Shown: positions 18,516 to 28,171, counted from the first letter of the stretch. The stretch: 40,931 bases of DNA from a virus (IMGVR_UViG_3300020313_000003:1-40931); one strand, 5' to 3'. A program made the numbers and translations. Notes: generated by a model not told the origin, from the sequence alone.

Positions 18516-21413
18516 ATGAGCCTGACGACAGAAACAGACGAGGTATCCTACGCTGGAAACAACAGCACGACCACGGGATACCCGATTCCCTTTACCTTCC
18601 TGGCAAATACGGACATCAAAGTCTATATTGACCAGGTAGAGACTACGGATTTTGCAGTTCACCAGGCATCGTCAGGAGCCGATCCGACTTACGAGGTAAA
18701 GACAACGGATGCTATCGCGATCACCAAGACCGTCACCATCACCAGGACGGTCCCGCTGACTCAGACTCTGGACCTGGTTCCCTCTGGCGACCTCCCGTCC
18801 TCGCTCCTCGAGCGGACCCTGGACAAGATTGTCATGGGTCTCCAGCAGCTTTGGAGGCATATCCAGAACGCTCACCGCGTCCCGGAAGGGGAGACAGTCA
18901 ATGAGCTGCCAGCCGCCGCTGACCGCAAAGGACACTGGTGGCAGTGGGATCCCACGACCGGCGCCTACTCCGGACAGACAAATGCTCAACTGGCCACCGC
19001 GATCTCCACCGAATTAGGCGGTGTGCTCACAGTAGACGTTAAGGCGACCCAGACTTTCGCCAACGATTCCAACCGGAACGCTACAGCTCCCGCGTTTACC
19101 GGGCAGCTTGGGGTTCAACTGGACACGGGTTGTTTGTGGAGGGGCACGGGAACTTCCGCCGGGAATTGGGCCAAGTGCGTGGACGACATCCAGACCGGCT
19201 CAACCGACAGCGCAAAGAATTCAGCCACGCCGGAATGGATTGGGCAGCTCTATTTCAAGACAGATGACAAGACCTGGTGGGTGGGTTACGCCACCTCAAG
19301 CGGCGCCTGGGGGCAAACTTCCCAGGCACCCTACGCTGCATTTGCCGCGCCAAGCTCATCAGCCTGGTCGCATGGAGGATCTGCCACCGCTGGCAACTAC
19401 TACTCTCTGACCGATCCCAGGACCGGCCTGTCTCAAGTGTGGAAATGCCGCTTGTCGCACACAATGAATGACGGAAACAGCGGATCCGGAGGCGCCGCCT
19501 GGAACGGATCCTCTGACAATCGCCCTGGGGTTTACGACACCGCATCAGGAACAAACTCTGACCAGCCTTACCTGAGAGGGAATGAAGTGTGGCGGAATTT
19601 ACCAGGGTCTGACCTGGATCCTAGCGGGAGCGTGTATCACGGCGCCCTGTGGGAGCCCTGGATCCAGGAGGGATACCACTACCACCGTATCCTGGACGAC
19701 CCAGGCATGAACCAGGGCTCAGAATTCAATGACCGCTACGTCATGGGCGAGCCTGGAAACCATACCGACTGGCACCTGGTTCACGACTGGCTGATCAGAA
19801 ACGCCAAGAGCAACCGGGACACCACGACCATCAACCAGGTTGTGGCAAACGATGCCGCCAGGAACTCCGCCAGCCCGTCCGCCGTGGGTGACATTGCCCT
19901 GCAAACGGACACCAACCAGCTTTACTACGCAACTGGAACGAGCGCCGGGAATTGGGCGGCAAACGACGAAGGGCACGTTGATGAATTCCGCCGAGTGCAG
20001 ACAGGATTCCAGCTAATTTACCAGGGAGGCACCTATCGGACATCCAGGGAAATCAAGATGTTGCGGAACACCAGCGTCCTGGGGGCCTCGAGCGTCCTGG
20101 ACGGGGAGAGCGCGACCATTTTCCGATGGGTCAACGGCATGACCACCGCCAAGGTGATCGACAAAAACCTCTTCCGCGTGGGGGCCGATGACTACAAGAC
20201 CGGCGGAGTGGGCAGCGCCGACAAAGGGGCTACGACAGCTTATACCGAGTTCGGCAACTTCGTTCTGAACCTGAACGACCACGATCCACGAAACGCAATT
20301 TCCAACGGCGCCAAGGTTTACCTGGGGCCAGGCTCAAAGATAAGACCGCTACGGTTCGAAAACGTGGGATGGTCTTTTGCAGATGGAGAAATATACGCCC
20401 TGCAAATTGGACAGGGCTCCGAAGGGTGGACCGCCGAGAGCATTGTCATTAACTCAACCCCGCTCGTCTGCAAAAGCGTTCCGTCAGGAGACTTCAATGA
20501 ACTGATCCACGGTGGCAGCTCCGCTGACGGCAACAACTCAACCAGCACACCCTACGTCACCCCCTCCTACAGCAGCACCTCGCACATCGACGTTTACTAT
20601 GACGGGGTGAAAAAAGACCTTACGACCCATTACACTTTTGATGGCTCAAGCAAGGTGATAACCAGCGGAGGGGCCGTAGCCCCAAGCGTCAAGGTCGAGA
20701 TCATTAACAATACCAGGTGCCATGACCGGTGCAAAACGATTGGAGTGGATTTCCAGGCAACAAACCAGAACTGCCACATCGAATCAATCACGGCCTCGCT
20801 GTGTAATTTCGTCATAAGGACGGACCAGGAGGCCAACGGCATCCGGATCGCCCAGGTTGCCAGCAACAACTCAAACCACCTTCTCCAGGCAAACGGCGGG
20901 GGCGCCGGCGTAGAGATCCTGGGCATTGTATCCAGGCGCGACGATGGACAAGGCTACGGCGCTACACCGATCTTGACCGCCGCAACGCCTCTTGCTCACT
21001 TGAACGATGTGGATGTCGTTGATCTAGGACTCCGCCTCCAGGGAGTGTGCTCCACCCACACCGGAGTGGCGTCCAACGTGGCCATGAACAGCGTCCTGGT
21101 GTCATCTGATGCCACCAGCCCAATAGATTCTATCGAGCTCCCGGATGGGACGTTCTATCTCCAGGGGAGAAACTACGACCAGACCAGGCTCGCGTTCGAT
21201 TGGAACCTCAAAGACCACGCCTACCCTGGCTACTTCCTGGACATCATAGGCCGGGATGGATCCAGCAAGGTCACCCTGAACGGCTCCACCATTGCCGGCC
21301 CGGTCTCTATTTCAAGCGCCGAAGCTGACGCCAATGCCGCCGGGATCCGCAAATACGCGCCGTTCATTTACGACGATGGCACCTCGCAGTTTTTAATGGT
21401 TAAGAAAGCATGA
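18516..21413 (+). CDS. Tail fibre / tailspike with T7 gp17-like N-terminal adaptor and probable beta-helix
   Basis: 'YAGNNSTTTGYPIPFTF..TDIKVY', 'VTITRTVP', 'LERTLDKIVM.LQQL'; 'GGTYRTSREIKMLRNTSVLG' pectate-lyase-like start. Confidence 0.85.
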   Translation: MSLTTETDEVSYAGNNSTTTGYPIPFTFLANTDIKVYIDQVETTDFAVHQASSGADPTYEVKTTDAIAITKTVTITRTVPLTQTLDLVPSGDLPSSLLERTLDKIVMGLQQLWRHIQNAHRVPEGETVNELPAAADRKGHWWQWDPTTGAYSGQTNAQLATAISTELGGVLTVDVKATQTFANDSNRNATAPAFTGQLGVQLDTGCLWRGTGTSAGNWAKCVDDIQTGSTDSAKNSATPEWIGQLYFKTDDKTWWVGYATSSGAWGQTSQAPYAAFAAPSSSAWSHGGSATAGNYYSLTDPRTGLSQVWKCRLSHTMNDGNSGSGGAAWNGSSDNRPGVYDTASGTNSDQPYLRGNEVWRNLPGSDLDPSGSVYHGALWEPWIQEGYHYHRILDDPGMNQGSEFNDRYVMGEPGNHTDWHLVHDWLIRNAKSNRDTTTINQVVANDAARNSASPSAVGDIALQTDTNQLYYATGTSAGNWAANDEGHVDEFRRVQTGFQLIYQGGTYRTSREIKMLRNTSVLGASSVLDGESATIFRWVNGMTTAKVIDKNLFRVGADDYKTGGVGSADKGATTAYTEFGNFVLNLNDHDPRNAISNGAKVYLGPGSKIRPLRFENVGWSFADGEIYALQIGQGSEGWTAESIVINSTPLVCKSVPSGDFNELIHGGSSADGNNSTSTPYVTPSYSSTSHIDVYYDGVKKDLTTHYTFDGSSKVITSGGAVAPSVKVEIINNTRCHDRCKTIGVDFQATNQNCHIESITASLCNFVIRTDQEANGIRIAQVASNNSNHLLQANGGGAGVEILGIVSRRDDGQGYGATPILTAATPLAHLNDVDVVDLGLRLQGVCSTHTGVASNVAMNSVLVSSDATSPIDSIELPDGTFYLQGRNYDQTRLAFDWNLKDHAYPGYFLDIIGRDGSSKVTLNGSTIAGPVSISSAEADANAAGIRKYAPFIYDDGTSQFLMVKKA
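19053..19958 (+). repeat. Three ~40-aa internal repeats in the tail fibre (19053-19172, 19203-19313, 19839-19958)
   Basis: ANDSNRNATAP..GQL..QLDT..LW..TGTSAGNWA / TDSAKNSATP..GQL..KTDD..WW...TSSGAWG / ANDAARNSASP..GD...QTDT..LY..TGTSAGNWA. Confidence 0.8.
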
Positions 21414-22402
21414 GCTCAAAACGCCCGACCGTTCTTCCATCTTGCCGGCCCTCAATCCAGGGCACCATTCTCACAGATGTGTGGAGCACTACAGTCTCTC
21501 CTCTTCTGGACCTGGACGGCATGACAACCGCCGCCGCTGGTTACAGCGTCAGAAAAATCAGGGCTGCCTATTCAGGGAATGCCATGAAAGTAAGGCGAGC
21601 AAGTGACAGCGACGAAGCTGACGTAGCATTCGATGACAGCGGGAAAGTGTCCTCTGCCAGCGGGATCAGCGTAACGTCAGGTGACTACGGTGGAACAATG
21701 AACCTGGGCGCCTTCCTCTCAGGAACCACTGGCCATGTCACTACTCTTTACGACCAGGTCGGATCCGAGAACGCCACAAACTCGACCGCCGCAAAGCAGC
21801 CCTATTTGCGGACAGCCGGCAGCACGACTATTGGAGACACGGTTGAATTGATGTTCGATACCGGGACAAATCAATACCTAAGCACAGGATTCGATCACAG
21901 CAACTCCGACGACTCTCGAACGCAACTGGTGGTGACCCAGGTGAACAGCTCTGTCCATGCGACAGATTACTATGGCCTGATCGGGTGTCGATACTACCAG
22001 GCATACGGGACAGAAATTTATTACCGGAACGGATACTACACCTGGTCAATCGGTGAAGCCTCGAGCAACTCTTACCAGGAATTGACCGCTTCCAACGGCG
22101 CCAGGGCCGGCCAGAAAGATATCGTCATCGCTTCTTACGAGCCAAGCCTGTCATCCAACGAGCAGAAGATTCGCGTCAACCAGACCCTGACTCAGACCAA
22201 CTGCACAAAGGACGTTAATGACTACGGCTATGGTCCACTGCAAATCGGGAGAAGGTGGGCCTATCAATCGGATGGCGCTACAGACCGGACCTACTATGGA
22301 AACGTCTACGAAGTGATCGTCTGGGCCAGCGCCCTTTCAGCAACCAACGCCGCCGCCGCAGAAACCAACACGATGGCCTACTTCTCCATCGCTTCGCTAT
22401 GA
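21410..22402 (+). CDS. Tail-associated lectin-like protein (arabinofuranosidase-B / concanavalin-A-like beta-sandwich)
   Basis: 'AAAGYSVRKIRAAYSG.AMKVRRASD..EADVAF', 'VTTLYDQ.GS..AT....KQP', C-terminal 'YYGNVYEVIVW..AL'. Confidence 0.65.
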   Translation: MSSKRPTVLPSCRPSIQGTILTDVWSTTVSPLLDLDGMTTAAAGYSVRKIRAAYSGNAMKVRRASDSDEADVAFDDSGKVSSASGISVTSGDYGGTMNLGAFLSGTTGHVTTLYDQVGSENATNSTAAKQPYLRTAGSTTIGDTVELMFDTGTNQYLSTGFDHSNSDDSRTQLVVTQVNSSVHATDYYGLIGCRYYQAYGTEIYYRNGYYTWSIGEASSNSYQELTASNGARAGQKDIVIASYEPSLSSNEQKIRVNQTLTQTNCTKDVNDYGYGPLQIGRRWAYQSDGATDRTYYGNVYEVIVWASALSATNAAAAETNTMAYFSIASL

Positions 22403-22674
22403 GATACTTAAAATACAGGAGCAAGGCAGCAGCCAGGACCAGGAGCCAGGAGATTTGGGAGGCTCACCTGGGCCGGCCAGTGGAGCCAGGCGCTACAACC
22501 AGGCATTTCTACGACTACGTCGAGTCAAAGACCAGTTATGGCGGATCCTATCTTTTAGTCCACGACGAGGGCACCCACCTGACCGAGGCCGAGAAAACCA
22601 ACCTCGAAGAGGAGGAGTGGTCCCATTCTGATTTCCAGGAGTGGATGGAAAAATATATCCCCATAAATCCTTAG
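22399..22674 (+). CDS. Small hypothetical protein (possible tail-fibre accessory)
   Basis: ATG 22399 overlaps the upstream TGA; MRYLKYRSKAAA..., 91 aa. Confidence 0.6.
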   Translation: MRYLKYRSKAAARTRSQEIWEAHLGRPVEPGATTRHFYDYVESKTSYGGSYLLVHDEGTHLTEAEKTNLEEEEWSHSDFQEWMEKYIPINP

Positions 22675-22716
22675 CCTTTCCCTGGGCCGATAAAACGTGT
22701 ATAACTCCCTAGAATC

Positions 22717-23037
22717 ATGGTCAAAGACATCACCACCAACGCATCCGGGATCCCCTGCTTCACTCCTACCGTGACCGGCTGGCACCATTTTTCAATTCAT
22801 GCCGACTCCTCCGCAAAAACTGAGGACGGGACCACCAGTGCAGCCCTTACATTTTCAAGTGCCAAGATCACAGTGAATCAGTTAGGCACCGCCCTCCACG
22901 CGGACCTGACCGAAGTGACATCAGGAGTTGTTGGGGTAGCGGTAAACCTCCTGGCAGACTCTCCAGTGACAGTCACTTGCTCCGCCGGATCGAGCCACAA
23001 AGTGCGGGTGGAAGCACACCCTATGAAGATCGCTTAA
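22717..23037 (+). CDS. Hypothetical beta-rich protein
   Basis: 106-aa ORF preceded by a possible -10 box (tataac, 22700-22705). Confidence 0.6.
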   Translation: MVKDITTNASGIPCFTPTVTGWHHFSIHADSSAKTEDGTTSAALTFSSAKITVNQLGTALHADLTEVTSGVVGVAVNLLADSPVTVTCSAGSSHKVRVEAHPMKIA

Positions 23038-23049
23038 CCCTCCCAGGCC

Positions 23050-23346
23050 ATGCCCGATACCCCTCCAGATTCCAAGGTCGAACAAACAATCAAAGTCCCT
23101 ACTGGAGACATGAAATCGCTAGTAATTTGGGCCTTGGGCAAGTGGGGCGGGGGAGCTGCTATCGCAGCCGTGGCCATGTATGGCCTGTCTATTGTTTACC
23201 AGGACATGAGGAAGGACCGCGATCACGACCGGGAAACAAGGAGCCAGGAGATCTCGATAAATTCCAGGACCGCTGAGATTCTCGAGAATGTCGTGGATAC
23301 CCTGGAAAACATTGAAGCCAGGTTGACCGCCCTGGAGGGTCAGTAG
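23050..23346 (+). CDS. Membrane protein, holin-like candidate
   Basis: One hydrophobic segment (VIWALGKWGGGAAIAAVAMYGLSIVY) followed by a coiled coil; last gene of the late operon. Confidence 0.45.
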   Translation: MPDTPPDSKVEQTIKVPTGDMKSLVIWALGKWGGGAAIAAVAMYGLSIVYQDMRKDRDHDRETRSQEISINSRTAEILENVVDTLENIEARLTALEGQ

Positions 23347-23374
23347 ATCGACACGTTCCCTGGACCTGTCGATC
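23346..23374. terminator. Inverted repeat at the convergent late/early junction
   Basis: gatcgaca (23347-23354) ... tgtcgatc (23367-23374) between convergent ORFs; no clear U-tract. Confidence 0.3.
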
Positions 23375-23393
23375 CTGGGCAAAAGAATCGACA

Positions 23394-23699
23394 CTAGATC
23401 ACGCCGTCCTCTTCCTGGCGCAATCGGATTTTAACAATGTTCCAGGCCCACCAAGGCATTGGATTCTGTCCCTGGGGGCACCAGCCACTGTGAGTGCATC
23501 CCTGTCCTCCTGGTAAAACGGTCCATTCCTGGGCAAACATTTCCACCCGGCGACCGCTCCACCCATAGGCTGACATTCCGTCTTCGTCAGTCCATCCGAC
23601 CCAAACGGTGACGGTGGGCTCAGAGGCTTCAGACTCCTCTCCGCCAACCGTAATAGCCCATCCCTCTATGTCTCGTTGTGTTTTTCTAGCGGTGCCCAT
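23394..23699 (-). CDS. Hypothetical Trp-rich protein
   Basis: ORF MGTARKTQRDIEGW..., overlaps the end of the upstream minus-strand gene; start uncertain. Confidence 0.5.
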   Translation of the reverse strand: MGTARKTQRDIEGWAITVGGEESEASEPTVTVWVGWTDEDGMSAYGWSGRRVEMFAQEWTVLPGGQGCTHSGWCPQGQNPMPWWAWNIVKIRLRQEEDGVI

Positions 23700-24109
23700 C
23701 GGAATACTTTTTGCATGACCGGGGCCAGATCCTCTGGCCACCCGTTTTCCCAGGCGCTGATCATATCACGGATGCGGTGCTTCCAGAAGTGATCTCGAGC
23801 AACTTTAATGTGCTTGCACTCCGTGCAACCTTTCCGCTTCCGCGCCCAGGGGACGAACGCCTGTTTCCTGGCCTCTCTCAACGTCACCTTCCGCCCTTCC
23901 AGGGCGCCGGCCTGGACAATCGCACCCAGGCGCCGGTTGAAATTCGGGTTTGCCTGGGTCAAAAAAAACATACAAGAGCAGATGCCATTGCCGTCCCTGG
24001 CGGCCAGGTCCACGCGGTAAGCCATCGTGGGATCGGTCTCGCTGTATACCTGGTAAACCAGGAACTCTCCTGGGAGCTCTTCTATACCGATCCTTCGCAT
24101 AGCTCCCAA
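23666..24109 (-). CDS. SWIM zinc-finger-like protein
   Basis: 'YQVYS......YRVDL....GICSCMFF ... CKHI' (CxC...CxH). Confidence 0.65.
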   Translation of the reverse strand: MGAMRRIGIEELPGEFLVYQVYSETDPTMAYRVDLAARDGNGICSCMFFLTQANPNFNRRLGAIVQAGALEGRKVTLREARKQAFVPWARKRKGCTECKHIKVARDHFWKHRIRDMISAWENGWPEDLAPVMQKVFRWAPLEKHNET

Positions 24110-24423
24110 ACGATCTGTTTCCTGGATCCTCTTCCTGGGCCGCGCTCGTCAGTGCGTCTCACGTATCTCTTGCCCTCGAGCGGTTTGAGCCTGGGAGAGG
24201 TTGTGTTGCTATCAATCCCTGGGTGGAACCGCTGCACTTCGACCTCTATTTGATAGGCAGTTCCCTTGCCTCCCAGGCGCCGCAAAGCATCAAGCACATA
24301 CCCTTCCACCCTCCCCGCCGCTTCCCCTTGCATGGCGGAGGCAGCCTGGTGAGATGTGTCCGGGTCTGATGATCGTGAGTGGGCGTAGGAAAAGAGAGGG
24401 CCTAGTGGTGATTTCTTGTTCAT
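24082..24423 (-). CDS. Winged-helix DNA-binding protein
   Basis: 'SRSSDPDTSHQAA' motif, 'VLDALRRLGG.GTAYQI', 'TSPRLKPLE.K.YVR', 'RKQIVW'. Confidence 0.7.
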   Translation of the reverse strand: MNKKSPLGPLFSYAHSRSSDPDTSHQAASAMQGEAAGRVEGYVLDALRRLGGKGTAYQIEVEVQRFHPGIDSNTTSPRLKPLEGKRYVRRTDERGPGRGSRKQIVWELCEGSV

Positions 24424-24450
24424 GACTTGTGATTTGTTGGGTGAAACCTG

Positions 24451-24511
24451 GAACAAGTTGCCCTGGGCCTGGTTGTTTACCAGGGGATCCCAGGTGGTTC
24501 ACAACTTGTTC
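24451..24511. other. Nested inverted repeat next to an AT-rich tract (candidate origin or regulatory hairpin)
   Basis: GAACAAGTTG/CAACTTGTTC, CCTGGG/CCCAGG and CCTGGT/ACCAGG nested arms; AT-rich 24570-24625. Confidence 0.45.
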
Positions 24512-24622
24512 TTCGTTTTAACGGCTTCGATTTCAGCGGTTTACAGCAGATGCGGGTGGTTGTTCGTCTCTTTAAGAAGAAGAAATAGGGGGTAAAAAAT
24601 ATCTCTCCTTCCTATAACGATG

Positions 24623-25144
24623 TTAAGAAGCGTCAAAGAGAGGCTCCGTTTTAGGCTCTTTCATGTCCTCTGGATCCAGGCCGCCGGCGCCCAGGCGACC
24701 AGGCTGCCATTTCCCGGTGATGTATTCCTGGGCGGCGGTGATCGCCGCTTCGAGCAGCTCAACCTCGCCAAACTCCGCGACCGGTTTGTCGTCCTCGCCA
24801 TCTTCTGGCTGGTCGATCCGGACGAAGGGCGTGGTAAACGTGGTCCTGTCGCCGCCCTGGACGCCCAGGGAGAGCGTGAACGTGAGCTGCGCCGACCTGG
24901 TCCCGGAGGCCGTCCGCTTCAAAGCGAAGCCCGTCACGGCCATAATGCGCTCCCAATCCTTCCCGCCCTCCATCCAGGACACCACAACAGGCCGCAAAGC
25001 TCTCAGGGCCTGGTCAAGCTCTGGGTTCGGGGGATGCCACTGCTTCTCGCTCTTCTCCTGGGGCTCCTGGTCTTCCACTCCCTCCAAAACGTAACGTATG
25101 ACCGTGTCTCCACGGACGAATTTTTTAAGTCTCATATCTCTCAT
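24623..25144 (-). CDS. Hypothetical protein
   Basis: ORF MRDMRLKKFVRG...; start uncertain (25135, 25144 or 25198). Confidence 0.65.
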   Translation of the reverse strand: MRDMRLKKFVRGDTVIRYVLEGVEDQEPQEKSEKQWHPPNPELDQALRALRPVVVSWMEGGKDWERIMAVTGFALKRTASGTRSAQLTFTLSLGVQGGDRTTFTTPFVRIDQPEDGEDDKPVAEFGEVELLEAAITAAQEYITGKWQPGRLGAGGLDPEDMKEPKTEPLFDAS

Positions 25145-25213
25145 TAGGTTGTCCGCGTGATTCGACTGGCACTCACCAGCCTGGTATGCGCGGCCCACCG
25201 TGTCTTGTTGCTG

Positions 25214-26224
25214 CTAGACAGTTTTAGTAAACATCCGGGAATAGATTTCCCGAAGCAAAACAATATCCTGGGCGGCGTAATCCAACGCCAGGCGCTTCTG
25301 CTCCCTGGCTTCCACAGGGATCCTTTGGGACTGGTCGCCCTGCATTGCCCCCTCAAAAAACTTCCAGCAGGTAGCGCCGGTGACAGGGGTGGAGGAGGTG
25401 GGGATGCCGAGCTCCTTGCAAGCCTTCTCCAGCGAGCAAAAGCTGTTCCACTTGTCATGCTCGAGGAATTCAGGTGTCAGGTCCAGGAACTTGGGCCGCA
25501 AAACACGGGGCTGCTGAAGCCAGGGGACATCAATTCCCAGGGCCAGGGCGCGGCGCAAGAGCATATTCCAGTCGAAGTTCGAGCGGTCATTCCCGCCTGT
25601 CCAGTTTACCAGGGCTCGCTTGGGCTTCCCTGGTGAATTGATCCAGCCGTGCTCATTAAACACCGCGTCAAAGAACGCACTGATAATGGCCTCCTCTCCG
25701 CCATCGCCGGCCTCGACGATTTCAGCAAGAGCAGAATCCCTGCGCCTCCGGAGCTCCCACTTGTTGCCGTCCTGGCAAAGGATGGAAACAGGACCATCAT
25801 TCTCAGCCCACTGAATCATGAATATCTCAGCGGTCCTGGGACAAAGCGCGGCCTTGGAAAACGCATCAGTCTCCGCCTGGATGGCGTCGGCTTCGTATTT
25901 TGCCAGGTGATCCACCTCTTTTTGCGCGGATTCCGCCAGGGCGTGAAGAACCTTTTCCATGATCTTGGTTTCGTCCTTGAGATTCCCACAGCGGACTCCC
26001 AGGGACTTGGCGATCTTGGACCAGTCAGGGGCGTCACTGGCGCCCTTGGCGTTGCCAGACGAATCCTGATAATTGACGGAGGTATCACCATAAGCCAGCG
26101 CCTGGTCTACCAGTTTGTCAGGATCGAGGAGAGGAAGCGGCTCATATGGGGCCTGCGGCTCGAGCCAGGACCGGACCCTTTCGGGCGCCGGCCTGGTCTC
26201 GAGGTCAATGAAGAACGTGCTCAT
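25214..26224 (-). CDS. DnaQ-like (DEDDy) 3'-5' exonuclease, PolB-exo-related
   Basis: ExoI 'FIDLET', ExoII 'NFDWNML', ExoIII 'YAAQD'; adjacent to SSB and ERF. Confidence 0.8.
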   Translation of the reverse strand: MSTFFIDLETRPAPERVRSWLEPQAPYEPLPLLDPDKLVDQALAYGDTSVNYQDSSGNAKGASDAPDWSKIAKSLGVRCGNLKDETKIMEKVLHALAESAQKEVDHLAKYEADAIQAETDAFSKAALCPRTAEIFMIQWAENDGPVSILCQDGNKWELRRRRDSALAEIVEAGDGGEEAIISAFFDAVFNEHGWINSPGKPKRALVNWTGGNDRSNFDWNMLLRRALALGIDVPWLQQPRVLRPKFLDLTPEFLEHDKWNSFCSLEKACKELGIPTSSTPVTGATCWKFFEGAMQGDQSQRIPVEAREQKRLALDYAAQDIVLLREIYSRMFTKTV

Positions 26225-26670
26225 TAGAACGGGATGTCTTCAAAGTCTCCCTGGGGCTCAACCTTGGGATCAGTCGGGCGTGACGTAGAGGTGTCAACGT
26301 CAGCATTCCTGGGGCGCTCGTCCTGGGCGCCCTCCCTGGTTCCGTTACCCACAAAGGACATCCGGATCCCGATGATTTTGAGCGCCTGGCGCTTGGCTCC
26401 AGTGTTCTTGTCTTCCCAGGTATCCAACTGGAGCCGACCGTCAATGAAGACGCCGTCTCCCGTCTTGAGATACTTCTGGGCTACCTCCGCCTGGTTTCCA
26501 AAGAGAGTCACATCCAGAAAGGTTGTCTCCTTGATCCACTCTCCATCAGCTCCCTTGCGGCGGTTGTTTACTGCGATCCCCAACTGAGCCAGGGTTCGTC
26601 CACTCGTCGTGTAGCGGATCTCCGGATCCCTGGTAAGGCGCCCGGCAATTTCGACTTGGTTCCTGTCCAT
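26224..26670 (-). CDS. ssb: Single-stranded DNA-binding protein
   Basis: 'GRLTRDPEIRYT.SG', 'GRLQLDTWEDK', C-terminal 'EDIPF'. Confidence 0.97.
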   Translation of the reverse strand: MDRNQVEIAGRLTRDPEIRYTTSGRTLAQLGIAVNNRRKGADGEWIKETTFLDVTLFGNQAEVAQKYLKTGDGVFIDGRLQLDTWEDKNTGAKRQALKIIGIRMSFVGNGTREGAQDERPRNADVDTSTSRPTDPKVEPQGDFEDIPF

Positions 26671-26671
26671 A

Positions 26672-27274
26672 TTATTCAGCGGCTTGGTCTTTCTTCACGG
26701 CGAGGTGATCAATCACGCGGCCAGCCTCAGAGGTGGTGAGTTCCGCGCAATTCCTGGTGCGACCGGACGAGACCTTCGAGGCCCAATCTTCGCGCTTCTT
26801 CTGGGGCACCTTCACCGCCTCAAACAAGGTCTCCATGTATTTGAGTTGCTTGTCAGTCGCAGTGGCTGGAGCCGCCTGGGAGTCCCCGGCGCCGGCGCCA
26901 TCGTCATCGAAGTCCACCGCAATATTCAGCAGGGATCCGGTGTTGTAGCGCATGGCGTATGTCCTGGCAGAGCCGAGGGACTGCATTCTGTTCCCACCGT
27001 CCGCGATCAGAAGCGGACAGGAAGAAGACAGGTTTTCGCCCGTCTTAACGTGGATCAGGTTGGAAACCACCTTGAGGTGCTCCCGGCCCGATATTTCGTG
27101 CGTCATCACCAGGCCGTTTTCAGCAAGCACGGGGACGCACTTGCGGTTGATCTCGTCCAAGGTAATGTAGTTGTATTTTCTAGGCCCGGCTTGAGCCTCG
27201 CCGTCCTTGCGGATAGCAGGAAACTGCACCTGGGCATGAGCCAGGGCAGTTGGTAGGTTAGGATGTTCTTTCAT
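26672..27274 (-). CDS. erf: ERF-family ssDNA-annealing recombinase
   Basis: 'KYNYITLDEI', 'Q.LGSARTYAMRY', 'DDDG'; C-terminal 'ATDKQL...LTTSEA..VID.L' domain. Confidence 0.9.
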   Translation of the reverse strand: MKEHPNLPTALAHAQVQFPAIRKDGEAQAGPRKYNYITLDEINRKCVPVLAENGLVMTHEISGREHLKVVSNLIHVKTGENLSSSCPLLIADGGNRMQSLGSARTYAMRYNTGSLLNIAVDFDDDGAGAGDSQAAPATATDKQLKYMETLFEAVKVPQKKREDWASKVSSGRTRNCAELTTSEAGRVIDHLAVKKDQAAE

Positions 27275-27830
27275 CGTTCGTATTGTCTGGTTTTTGGACC
27301 ACGAATTTTGTGGCCAAATCTATGTGCCTAACGAGGGCGTCCACAACGTGGCCCCTGCTTCCGAGGGTGGCTTTGCTCGCGTCCAGGTAATCAGCCGTGT
27401 GAGGCGATACCGAGATTGAGATCTTGACCCTCTTCTCTTCTGTATTCAGGGCTGGCCGCCCTACTTTCTTTTTCATAATTATCCAAAGATTGACCGGCCT
27501 TTCGGGGCGCTTCTCCATCCAGAGCCCCAGGGCTTGGTTCCGGAGCTCGCCGGTCAGGTGCATCAGCCACATCTTGTCAGGATCCCATCCCTGGATGATC
27601 TCCAACTGATCTTCGATCCTGGCCTTAGAGACATCAATCGAGCCGATGATATCCCCAGGCGACACATCAGGGCGGTAAAGCCCGTCCAGGAAAACATCGC
27701 CGGCTGCTGTGCCCCTGGCCCGGCTCCGAAGAGCGGCCTGTCGTGTCAACTGCCCACTTTTGAGGTAGTTGCGCTTGGCCATCAGAACCTGGACATCCAG
27801 GGACTTGTCTCTCAAATGCTTCGCACTCAT
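27258..27830 (-). CDS. Hypothetical protein with C-terminal ribbon-helix-helix domain (possibly separately initiated at 27476)
   Basis: 'MKKKVGRPAL..EEKRVKISISVSP.T.DYLD......SRG.VVD.LV' is RHH/CopG-like. Confidence 0.55.
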   Translation of the reverse strand: MSAKHLRDKSLDVQVLMAKRNYLKSGQLTRQAALRSRARGTAAGDVFLDGLYRPDVSPGDIIGSIDVSKARIEDQLEIIQGWDPDKMWLMHLTGELRNQALGLWMEKRPERPVNLWIIMKKKVGRPALNTEEKRVKISISVSPHTADYLDASKATLGSRGHVVDALVRHIDLATKFVVQKPDNTNDERTS

Positions 27831-28171
27831 TAGAGCTCCCGTTCGATCCAGCTTTCCAGGATTAGCACCCGGCGCTTGATTGTCTTTTCCCTGGGTGGGA
27901 GCGGATCCACGCCGGTGAACATCGAGAGGCCGGGAGGAATCACCGCCTGGTTCTCGATTCGCTCTTTAACCAGGGCGCGTTGGATGGCGCGGCGGATCGC
28001 CTTGCGCTCCATCTCCATCTCCATCTCAGCCACCTGGTGAGCCTCCGCCTCCCTGGCCTGTTCATCAAGCCAGCATTCGTAATCCTCTACCTCGCCCTGG
28101 ACATCAGCCAGGGTAACGTCTCCAGCCCGGAGGCCGTCAGTCAGGGCATCAAGTAATTCGCTTCTACTCAT
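27830..28171 (-). CDS. Hypothetical protein
   Basis: MSRSELLDALTDG...; start overlaps the upstream stop. Confidence 0.6.
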   Translation of the reverse strand: MSRSELLDALTDGLRAGDVTLADVQGEVEDYECWLDEQAREAEAHQVAEMEMEMERKAIRRAIQRALVKERIENQAVIPPGLSMFTGVDPLPPREKTIKRRVLILESWIEREL

